Of a DNA stretch of 64,000 nucleotides, positions 9,721 to 17,684 are shown in pieces. Every line of letters starts with the position of its first letter. Positions within the stretch are counted from its first letter, which is position 1. The stretch lies in the sequence record MH595538.1; one strand, written 5' to 3'. Position numbers and translations under genes: made by a program. The notes beneath the pieces were generated by a model, which saw only the letters and a list, made by a program, of their open reading frames with translations, did no database searches and had not been told where the DNA came from.

Positions 9721-10458
9721 ATGAAATACGAACCAATCTATGTAACCCCGTTAGTCGCTTTATTCTTTCGCCAACTCGTAGACCAGAAGTCTAATTTTAA
9801 GGCATATGCCCATGTTGAAGAAAATACTTATCTTTCTTTCACAATCTCTGACATGGAATGGAGAAATGGTCCCCGATGTTATCTGGCGGATAAGTTTGTC
9901 AAAGTCCATATGAAAAATTCCTCTGTTAATGAACTTCAACATGCCGAAGATAAGCTCTTAGGGAAAGGTTATTGCAACGGACCTATTATCGATGATATTT
10001 ATGAATCCAATGTTATTCCTGCTCTTAAAACAGATGTTGAAGGAAGATATTATCTTGACTCTCCATGTATAAAAGGGTCCCTCACCGATCTTTCATTTAA
10101 GTTTCTTAACGATCGCTCATCCGAAGTTGATGCTGCATGGGCGAGTAAGTTTTCTCCGCTAGTGGAAGCGATGGCCAAAGCTGACATCAATGATCTGGTC
10201 ATGTCTACAGTCTATTATCGCATAGACATACATGGAAACATTGAGATATGCGCTGGATTAAAAGATCTTATTCCAGTACATCGTTATGACTGGGCCTTAA
10301 ATCGATTTGTCGTCTATGAACATCCGCGGGCTGCTCAGGCAACTAAGTACCATATTCCCAGTCAGAACTTAAACTTCATTCTAGGCAAAGGGCCGGATGG
10401 CGAACGAGATATAAGTACGAAATGGTACTTTGACAAGTTTGACCGCATCGAGGATTAA
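9721..10458 (+). CDS. Hypothetical protein (245 aa)
   Basis: AGGAG RBS, long ORF, terminator at 10471-10493. Confidence 0.8.
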   Translation: MKYEPIYVTPLVALFFRQLVDQKSNFKAYAHVEENTYLSFTISDMEWRNGPRCYLADKFVKVHMKNSSVNELQHAEDKLLGKGYCNGPIIDDIYESNVIPALKTDVEGRYYLDSPCIKGSLTDLSFKFLNDRSSEVDAAWASKFSPLVEAMAKADINDLVMSTVYYRIDIHGNIEICAGLKDLIPVHRYDWALNRFVVYEHPRAAQATKYHIPSQNLNFILGKGPDGERDISTKWYFDKFDRIED

Positions 10459-10540
10459 AAAAATAGATACTGCACCGGCTTTTTGCCGGTGCATGTTATT
10501 TTATTGAATCTGATGACTATAAAAACCCAAGGAGTTGATT

Positions 10541-12265
10541 ATGTCACTTATTCGCTTAGTTAAGCTAGTAGACGGCGTTGCAACAGGACTGGGCACTGTC
10601 ATTAGAACACAAGACAGTCCATATCCTGTACAAGCTAGTTATAACGAATTTAGACCCACAGAGAACTATCTTAAAGATCATGTCACTTTCTATAACGGAG
10701 AGTTATATCAGGCCAAGGCAGACATTGCCGCTGGTCAATGGAATATCGATCACTGGACAGCGGTCAACGAGTACGTAGGTTATATACAGGAATATCAAGC
10801 AGGAGAAACTTACAATCTTGATGAGTTTGTTATCCATAATGATCGTCTTTACAAAACCAAAGAGGATGGAATTACAGGCACATGGGATGTAAGTCGATGG
10901 GAAGAACTAACGGCTAATACGACTGTCGAAACCATCAATGCCTACTTAATCGACAACCACCAATTAAATAAACCTTTATCTAGTGCGGTACTAAAAGGGA
11001 ATGTAAGAAAGCTGTACTTAGCAGACGGTTCTATTCCTGGAGAAACTAGTGGAGTAACGGCTAAAATAAAAACACTTATTGGCTATTACCCTACATGGCG
11101 TACAGAGTTCTTTGGCTCAGGTAATACCGACCTAACGATTCGTAAGCCGTCTAATAGTCCTAGTGCTTTTAGCCACGTTAAACTATCCTTTGCTCACACT
11201 AAGCCTGTGTTTGATCCTACTAGTCCCGATTTGACCGGGATTGGTTTTAATACTCAATCTGGATTAGAAGCTGCCTTTAAAGAAGACATCGGTAAACTAA
11301 GAGCTCGTGGTACAAAAGTCTATCTGTCTGTAGGAGGAGCCACTTACGGAAGACCTGACGTTGCTGATGCGTGGACTGGACTTATTGATGAATCCGACAT
11401 TATTGATGCTGGCAGCAATGACTATCCTGCACAGACTCCTTACACTAAAGCTTTAGTTGATGTGATCGAGTACTTAGACTTGGATGGGATTGATCTGGAC
11501 TTTGAAGATGATATGGCCTGGCATACTAACGTTCGAACAACATGGCTAGACAATCAATATAAGCTACTGCGTCTATTTAGGTTCATCGCTGATACAGCAG
11601 GCACTGCTTTAGGAAGACCTATTGCGACAGCTACTGCATGTTGGTCAACCGGATGGGATAGCAGCGCAGGGAGCGTTGCAGACATTGCTACTCCAGACTA
11701 CGATGGAAACAAGGTTTCTTACTTTGGAGGATCGGCTGGTCGAGACAGAAGTCTGTACGGAGGTTACACATCCGTAGACTTAGGTGGCGTGATGAACGCA
11801 TCCAGCTTTGTTGATGTCTTTGTCAATATGACCTATGATGCAATATTTTCAGATTTTGCAGGTAATGAAGATCCTGCTGGGCCTTTCGATTCTAACTACG
11901 ATCCCGTTAAAGCTTATGAGCAGTGCCGCAGCATCATTACCGATCCAAATAAAATCTGTACCATAGGGGTTACTAACAATCCAGGGTTTGGAGATCATGA
12001 ACTTATGGTCTACAGTAACCAGTGTGCTCCCTCAGGGCCTCATCCTACGGTTTTAGACAAGGATCAATACGGTAACGTCATTGACGCTCCTTTCTCTGTT
12101 CAGAGAGTCACTGAGGCGATTGAAGCAAATCTCACCCAGTATCCTAATGACGGAATTATTCAATGGTCGATTTATGCGATTGATCCGACAACGTCATATG
12201 TCCATGAGGGGAATGCCGAAGCATCCTGGAAAGACATCGTGGATTATGTAGCAACTAAAATGTAA
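10541..12265 (+). CDS. GH18 chitinase with two N-terminal CBM5/12-like modules
   Basis: Intact DGIDLDFE (DxxDxDxE), LSVGG (SxGG), NMTYD and GIIQWSI motifs; ATG at 10541 after an AGGAG RBS. Confidence 0.88.
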   Translation: MSLIRLVKLVDGVATGLGTVIRTQDSPYPVQASYNEFRPTENYLKDHVTFYNGELYQAKADIAAGQWNIDHWTAVNEYVGYIQEYQAGETYNLDEFVIHNDRLYKTKEDGITGTWDVSRWEELTANTTVETINAYLIDNHQLNKPLSSAVLKGNVRKLYLADGSIPGETSGVTAKIKTLIGYYPTWRTEFFGSGNTDLTIRKPSNSPSAFSHVKLSFAHTKPVFDPTSPDLTGIGFNTQSGLEAAFKEDIGKLRARGTKVYLSVGGATYGRPDVADAWTGLIDESDIIDAGSNDYPAQTPYTKALVDVIEYLDLDGIDLDFEDDMAWHTNVRTTWLDNQYKLLRLFRFIADTAGTALGRPIATATACWSTGWDSSAGSVADIATPDYDGNKVSYFGGSAGRDRSLYGGYTSVDLGGVMNASSFVDVFVNMTYDAIFSDFAGNEDPAGPFDSNYDPVKAYEQCRSIITDPNKICTIGVTNNPGFGDHELMVYSNQCAPSGPHPTVLDKDQYGNVIDAPFSVQRVTEAIEANLTQYPNDGIIQWSIYAIDPTTSYVHEGNAEASWKDIVDYVATKM

Positions 12266-12293
12266 TATAAGGGCCGGATGTCCGGCCCTTATA
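12266..12293 (+). terminator. Intrinsic terminator
   Basis: TATAAGGGCCGGA-TG-TCCGGCCCTTATA. Confidence 0.7.
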
Positions 12294-12316
12294 TGTATCT
12301 CAATTTCTTTTTATAC

Positions 12317-12335
12317 CTATATAACCATGGTGTAA
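12317..12335 (+). promoter_or_regulatory. Putative phage early-type promoter motif CTATAT-N-A-Y-C-A-T
   Basis: CTATATAACCATGGTGTAA; same motif upstream of several transcription units; resembles the phiKZ early TATATTAC core. Confidence 0.5.
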
Positions 12336-12364
12336 TACATCACTTTAAAAACGAGGAAAGGCTA

Positions 12365-12718
12365 ATGGAATATCTTATTCAAGACTGGCCAGTTGTGTTA
12401 ATGCTAATCGGACTATTCTCAATTCCTTTTATGCTTCCTGGCGGCCCAGTTGACAATTATCAGAAAAAGAAGGCAGCACTTAAGAAATGGGAAACCATTG
12501 AAAAGCAGATTCAGATATTTGAATCTAAGTCTTTATCAATAGACCCGATAGACTTTCTACATGCTAAAGCAAATTACCTTATCTCTTTGCATCGAGCTTC
12601 AATATGCGATCATCCGCTAATTGGGCAAAAGATCATGGAGCGAATAAACGAAGTGGAGCGTGAAGTACGTGAAACACAAATGTTCTTAAAATCAACACCT
12701 AAACAAGGAGTCCAATGA
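12365..12718 (+). CDS. Small membrane-anchored protein
   Basis: Start reassigned to MEYLIQDWP (GAGG RBS); N-terminal hydrophobic helix followed by basic residues. Confidence 0.7.
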   Translation: MEYLIQDWPVVLMLIGLFSIPFMLPGGPVDNYQKKKAALKKWETIEKQIQIFESKSLSIDPIDFLHAKANYLISLHRASICDHPLIGQKIMERINEVEREVRETQMFLKSTPKQGVQ

Positions 12719-13020
12719 TGGACAACATAATGGCTATTATTCTAGTTATTGCAATTACGGTTACTATCACTGTAACCGTAATGAGAAAGTCAGATCGTTC
12801 TAAGGCACATCTATGGAAAAGGAAATACGGGGATGCTTGCGTATATGCCGCGCAGTTAAGTCCTGTTGAAGAAGCACGTTTCCAAGTACATATGTTAGGC
12901 CATGCCCACACTAGTCTGTTGTTTAACGACATTGAGACCTATGACTTCATTTTTGAAAAACTAGACTATTGGACAGCACGGTTAAACGAACTAGAGTCAA
13001 AAGAGGACGCTTCTACCTAA
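12715..13020 (+). CDS. Small membrane-anchored protein
   Basis: N-terminal TM (IMAIILVIAITVTITVTVM), AGGAG RBS, ATGA overlap. Confidence 0.75.
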   Translation: MMDNIMAIILVIAITVTITVTVMRKSDRSKAHLWKRKYGDACVYAAQLSPVEEARFQVHMLGHAHTSLLFNDIETYDFIFEKLDYWTARLNELESKEDAST

Positions 13021-13026
13021 TAGTAT

Positions 13027-13148
13027 AGTAGAACGACCACTGCTTATCGTCTACTTGACATAATTGTCAACTCCTGTATTTAGTCATGGAAGACTTAATC
13101 TGCCGCAAGGATGAGTAGGCACCGAAGCGGAGTTTGGATTAAAGCAGT
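13027..13148 (+). ncRNA. Candidate structured non-coding RNA
   Basis: ~150-nt ORF-free gap before its own terminator, with several complementary segments (ACTGCTT/AAGCAGT, TTGACA/TGTCAA, AACTCC/GGAGTT, TTAATC/GATTAA). Confidence 0.35.
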
Positions 13149-13167
13149 AAATGACATTTTTCATTAT

Positions 13168-13199
13168 TTGAGTCCTCCTTCGGGAGGGCTCAATTTTTT
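13168..13199 (+). terminator. Intrinsic terminator
   Basis: TTGAGTCCTCC-TTCG-GGAGGGCTCAA plus T run. Confidence 0.8.
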
Positions 13200-13217
13200 A
13201 TGTTTTAAGGAAAAGAT

Positions 13218-13673
13218 ATGACTACTGAAGGCTTCCCTTTCATCGACCATGGCAAGATGATTGAAGATGTAGAACGCATAGCAATTACCTATGATGAATC
13301 TACAATAAGAGGAGGGATTAACATGCTAGTCCCTTCAGAAGATGGAAATGAAAACATCCTTGTCTCTATAAATCCGGATGTGGTGAAAGAAGGCCCTGGA
13401 ACTGATCTTCTGTATCGGCGACATAAAAATAAAGGAGAGTATTATTTCGACTATCAGCCAGGTCCTGAAGCATGCAAGGACACTGACATTGGAGCGGTTT
13501 CCCCATTAGCGCTCAGTAGGCAAGCAGAAATTTTTGACTGGAATCACAGAAGGGCAAAAGAACAGGAAGTTAAGCTTCTTACAGAAGCCGACATTATTAA
13601 GCAGATTGCTGAGCATAGCGAGCAAATAAAAGCGCTTACGGAAACTTTAACGAACATGAAAAAGGAAAAGTAA
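13218..13673 (+). CDS. Hypothetical protein with C-terminal coiled coil
   Basis: AAGGA RBS; heptad-like C-terminus. Confidence 0.75.
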   Translation: MTTEGFPFIDHGKMIEDVERIAITYDESTIRGGINMLVPSEDGNENILVSINPDVVKEGPGTDLLYRRHKNKGEYYFDYQPGPEACKDTDIGAVSPLALSRQAEIFDWNHRRAKEQEVKLLTEADIIKQIAEHSEQIKALTETLTNMKKEK

Positions 13674-14138
13674 ATGTGGGAAGAACTACATAGATTTAGT
13701 CCATTAGAAGGACTATTGATAGCCAATGTTATTGCGATGACGCTGACCTTAACTATTGCTCATTTAAAGAAACGACATGGCAAAGACCATAAGTTCCTTC
13801 GGATGCAGTCAATCATTAACGAGGAGCTACCTAAAGAGGCTGAACACCTCCATAACAACGGTCTTAACTTTAACGATGCATGTTGCCTCTCCAGAATCAA
13901 GGTGATCAATTCGGTCTGGGCTGCTTATTGTGATTCATATACTTGTACGGAATACTTGCTTGAAGATCTCGCTAAGGAAGCCTATGATCTGCGCAGACTT
14001 TATGATAACGCACGAAAGGCCGGCAATCAAGATTTCTATTGCAAAGCAGTAATCGAGGCAGTAGATTTTTCAAGAGCAGCGTGTTATTACGCAGAAGAAA
14101 TCCACGGTATACATAAGGAGTCATTAGGATGGCTATAA
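13674..14138 (+). CDS. Membrane-anchored helical protein
   Basis: N-terminal TM (GLLIANVIAMTLTLTIAHL) then KKRHGK; abuts the upstream stop. Confidence 0.7.
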   Translation: MWEELHRFSPLEGLLIANVIAMTLTLTIAHLKKRHGKDHKFLRMQSIINEELPKEAEHLHNNGLNFNDACCLSRIKVINSVWAAYCDSYTCTEYLLEDLAKEAYDLRRLYDNARKAGNQDFYCKAVIEAVDFSRAACYYAEEIHGIHKESLGWL

Positions 14139-14476
14139 CACTTTCATTATTAGACTTTTCCGTACTTGTATTTTTCAATCTAATACTTACGCTGAAGGTC
14201 ATTGGAGACTGGAGAACGAAACGACGCGGCAGTAAATTATGGACAGGGCTTACTTCTCACCTGCAATATGTACGTAACCAGATTCACATTACGTACTTAT
14301 TGAAAATGCCAGTGCATGAGCGTAATCGACATTTGGCTCAAAACATCCGTAAAGTCATCGAGCTAAACACCGTTACTAAAGACCCTTTGTTTAATGTTTT
14401 CGTAGCTAAAGAACTGGCTTACGCAAACAGACTAGAACGCACACTTGATGATCCGTATGGACCAGAGAAATTATAG
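14129..14476 (+). CDS. Small membrane-anchored protein
   Basis: N-terminal TM then RTKRRG; overlaps the previous ORF. Confidence 0.7.
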   Translation: MAITLSLLDFSVLVFFNLILTLKVIGDWRTKRRGSKLWTGLTSHLQYVRNQIHITYLLKMPVHERNRHLAQNIRKVIELNTVTKDPLFNVFVAKELAYANRLERTLDDPYGPEKL

Positions 14477-14485
14477 GAGACTACC

Positions 14486-15073
14486 ATGGGTTCTTTTGCA
14501 GGAATTGCATTTAACTTTAAACTTAAGCCTTGGGATAAACTCAATCCTAAAATGACCGCAGTCGCGGCCTTTATGTCGCACTGTAATGACGGCGTGCCAA
14601 CGAAACCATTCAAGGCAATGCTGGAGTCTCATAAACTCGATGCCAGAATGTTTAATGGCTTCTCAGGCGATCATCTATTTAACTGGGATGCGACAGGCCA
14701 TATGGTTAAAGACGACGAAGATGCCATTACGATATGCAGCGTGGTCTCTTGTCGGTCAGGATATGTTGGTCAATGGCAGAAGTTCTTAGATGAATGCAGC
14801 TGGAGCAGTCAATTTGAATTGCCTGATGAGCCAACGGTAATCATGGTAGCCATTCATGAAACACCTACGTCCCATGCTTACACTAGGCTGACTCTATTGC
14901 CGTGCGGTTTTATAACAACCGAGACACATCCTTTGTCTGCAGAACTTGCAACCAGAGCGATCTGTCCAAGCGAACCATTTAAACCACTAAGGGTTAGTGA
15001 GCTATGGGTCCCGTCCATGCTGACTGTTCCTCGCAAAGAAACACTGGTCAGTAAATCTTGCCAGCTTTCTTAA
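14486..15073 (+). CDS. Hypothetical protein
   Basis: AGGAG RBS, 195 aa, in operon. Confidence 0.75.
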   Translation: MGSFAGIAFNFKLKPWDKLNPKMTAVAAFMSHCNDGVPTKPFKAMLESHKLDARMFNGFSGDHLFNWDATGHMVKDDEDAITICSVVSCRSGYVGQWQKFLDECSWSSQFELPDEPTVIMVAIHETPTSHAYTRLTLLPCGFITTETHPLSAELATRAICPSEPFKPLRVSELWVPSMLTVPRKETLVSKSCQLS

Positions 15074-15120
15074 TGCGTAATTTTACAAAGCATAAACTTT
15101 AACAACAGAGAGTAACAATC

Positions 15121-15462
15121 ATGAAAAAAGAAGTTCTAGATCTACTAGCAAAAGAAGGCGACGTTCTTAAATTCAAAATCCTGGGCTTTCCAGCACAGGG
15201 TAAGATGCGTATCAGTCTTGCGGCCAATAATAGCCTGGGTGCTGAAGACGTGACCGTTGCTCGTCCTAGCGATTTAAACGAAGCGAAGGTTGGCCAGATG
15301 GTTAAGATCATCGATGCCTATGGTGATGCGACCTACGTAACACTAGCCGACAAGAAAACTGCTAAGCCTGCAAAACCTGAAAGAACAGATTCTCGTAAAA
15401 ACGAACGCACTCCTAACTTTAAGCAGGTATCCGGTGTAGCTCGTGAAAAGCGTGAATGGTAA
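15121..15462 (+). CDS. Hypothetical basic protein
   Basis: GAG RBS, 113 aa, followed by palindrome at 15473-15497. Confidence 0.75.
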   Translation: MKKEVLDLLAKEGDVLKFKILGFPAQGKMRISLAANNSLGAEDVTVARPSDLNEAKVGQMVKIIDAYGDATYVTLADKKTAKPAKPERTDSRKNERTPNFKQVSGVAREKREW

Positions 15463-15525
15463 ACTGAACTTATAGAGACTGGCATTGCCAGTCTCTAATC
15501 AATATTTTATTTAAAGGATGATAGT

Positions 15526-16140
15526 ATGACTACAATCGTACTGGCTAGAGGAAACCTTGCATCAGATCGCATGTGCGTTGAATATACGAACCACTTCATG
15601 CATCTACGCAAGAAATCAGCGGTTGGAACAAATGGCACTGTGGGTATCGCTATTGGCGGTAAGGCACGCACTAATGAAATACTAGTTAAATTAGCTGACA
15701 TGTGTGAAGCCTTAGACTGGATTGATATTCATATCGAAGAAAATGAAGAAAAGTATAAATATCTTCGCGACGACGCACTGGCACTTTCTAAATCACTCGC
15801 TGAGTTACTAGATGAAGATTCACTCTTCGTTGTATATCGAAGTCGCGGTAAGGTCAAGATGTGTTATGCCGAAGGACATGTCGGTAATTCGGGAGATCTA
15901 GATCTAAAGTCATTGTTCGATGATTCATATCAGACATATGGGACCGGTGCAGCTATGGCGGAGTTTGAAATACGCCATCAGTACAGTAAAGGCATTGAAG
16001 ACTATGCTGTGCTGTTTGAAGTAGTAAGCTCTATTGAAGAATGCACCAGCAAAGAACACGATGTCATTTATGGCGAAGATCTTAAGGACATTGCCGAAGT
16101 TAAAGAAGTGGATATCAAGATCAAGGAGCTGTTGAAATGA
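15526..16140 (+). CDS. N-terminal-threonine (Ntn) protease, HslV/proteasome-beta-like
   Basis: Starts MTTIV; LASDR (Asp17 equivalent), RKK (Lys33 equivalent), AIGG, YGTGAAMA (GSG-equivalent loop), ECTS. Confidence 0.72.
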   Translation: MTTIVLARGNLASDRMCVEYTNHFMHLRKKSAVGTNGTVGIAIGGKARTNEILVKLADMCEALDWIDIHIEENEEKYKYLRDDALALSKSLAELLDEDSLFVVYRSRGKVKMCYAEGHVGNSGDLDLKSLFDDSYQTYGTGAAMAEFEIRHQYSKGIEDYAVLFEVVSSIEECTSKEHDVIYGEDLKDIAEVKEVDIKIKELLK

Positions 16141-16688
16141 ACAAACCGATTATCTTAAACGGCGATTACATTACGTATCCTACATCGACACTAGCGTATG
16201 GCAATACCGCTATACATGATGGTTACTGTCGAATGACGGAATACGGGATGTTGTTTGCAGATAGCGCAGCAGATCTTACCTACTTTAATGTCCTGCGTAA
16301 AGGTTATCCTATTGAAAACTATTTGACTCTAGCAGGACAGTATGATAAGCGCCGCTTTATACTGATCAATGATCAAGGAGACATCATTGTCCGTACGTTG
16401 ACTACCGGACCTAAGAAAAATAGTTTCAATGAAATAGTCAATGTACACTGCTCTGATATGAAGATGAAGATTGGCTTTTCTGAAAATGCACGCACCGTAG
16501 ATTTTATCTTAACTGGCCTGCATAAAGGAATGGACGGCCCTGAAATCGTAGATTTCCTCAAAGAGCATTCATGTATCGCTACTGACTTTAAAACCGAAAA
16601 GGTCAGTGCTATTGTCAAAAGACTCAAAAAGAAAAAGCTGGGTAACAAACATTTACCTGGCGCTAAATCACTTTTCTCTAATGAATAA
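16137..16688 (+). CDS. Partner of the Ntn protease; possible inactive Ntn-fold subunit
   Basis: ATGA overlap with the upstream gene; strand/helix order resembles Ntn fold but N-terminal Thr and GSG are absent. Confidence 0.5.
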   Translation: MNKPIILNGDYITYPTSTLAYGNTAIHDGYCRMTEYGMLFADSAADLTYFNVLRKGYPIENYLTLAGQYDKRRFILINDQGDIIVRTLTTGPKKNSFNEIVNVHCSDMKMKIGFSENARTVDFILTGLHKGMDGPEIVDFLKEHSCIATDFKTEKVSAIVKRLKKKKLGNKHLPGAKSLFSNE

Positions 16689-16715
16689 CTTCCGCATAAT
16701 TTAAGGAGACGGAAA

Positions 16716-17633
16716 ATGTCAAACACTAAAGAATCTATCATCACTTACAAAACTGGTCCAGCTACAGGTACTTTTGTTCTACTGAACAACTCATTTGCCT
16801 TTCAGGTATTCGCCGCCTTCTGTGAAGAATGGACGGATGCCGACACAGGCATTGCGGCCATCCCAAAAGGCAATATCCATAAAGTCACACGGGATGATAA
16901 ACAGGGGCCGCTGACTGTCAATGACCTTAAAAATCCTAATGGGATCGACTCCTGTGTCTATATCAAGCCAACTCGTCGTGCTGATGGATCGCACTCCCTT
17001 GAAGTACAATTGCCAAATAGCGATAAAGGAATCATAGGCGGTAGTACTTGCTGTCGTGAAAATAACTGGGTTGGTTTCATATCTGTGACTTATGAAGCAG
17101 AATGGTCCAAGCATCGTGCCTTGTACAGTGCTGCTGATCAATGGGTTCTTAGTAATGCTCGTCGACATAAATTGACAGCGCCTAAGTCAAAAGCGATCTA
17201 TATGCGAAAGATCACGAATCCGGCACTGGCGCTACTGACGGCAGCTAAAGATAATCCTGTGTTCGTTACTGGCGATGGCCGTAACTACCAGGCATATACT
17301 TCGGAAAACGTCGCTATGTTGGCTAACGTCCAAGGCATCACTACTAGCAAGCTAGACTATTATAGTATCAGCTATTACGATAAAGGTATGTCGTATACTG
17401 GTGAGCAGCTTGCTCTTGTCAAAGCCATTGCTGATAAACCTCGTTTTGTAGAGTTGGCTGCTTTCACTCCTTATCAGGATAAGTTAGGCCATCCTAACTA
17501 TACTCTGATGCTGCCTAATGCAGAAAGCATTAAAGTAGAGGCGCACAGTGATGTAAGAATGGTCTATGCGACTAAGGAAGGCAAGCTACTTTACGTTGAT
17601 GTCCCAGCTGGCAATCTGTCTTTAATTAAATAA
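16716..17633 (+). CDS. Hypothetical protein (305 aa)
   Basis: AAGGAG RBS, long ORF. Confidence 0.8.
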   Translation: MSNTKESIITYKTGPATGTFVLLNNSFAFQVFAAFCEEWTDADTGIAAIPKGNIHKVTRDDKQGPLTVNDLKNPNGIDSCVYIKPTRRADGSHSLEVQLPNSDKGIIGGSTCCRENNWVGFISVTYEAEWSKHRALYSAADQWVLSNARRHKLTAPKSKAIYMRKITNPALALLTAAKDNPVFVTGDGRNYQAYTSENVAMLANVQGITTSKLDYYSISYYDKGMSYTGEQLALVKAIADKPRFVELAAFTPYQDKLGHPNYTLMLPNAESIKVEAHSDVRMVYATKEGKLLYVDVPAGNLSLIK

Positions 17634-17638
17634 AATAT

Positions 17639-17662
17639 AAAGGAGGGCAAATGCCCTCCTTT
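17639..17662. terminator. Bidirectional terminator
   Basis: AAAGGAGGGCA-AA-TGCCCTCCTTT between convergent genes. Confidence 0.75.
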
Positions 17663-17684
17663 ACTTATTTACTTTTTTATTTTG

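Noticed and set aside
12278-12364. N-terminal extension of the 146-aa ORF
   Set aside because: Overlaps a terminator and promoter motif; a better RBS precedes ATG 12365
13100-13130. Hammerhead ribozyme (GATGAG...CGAAG)
   Set aside because: Lacks the CUGAUGA and GAAA core and has no proper stem II
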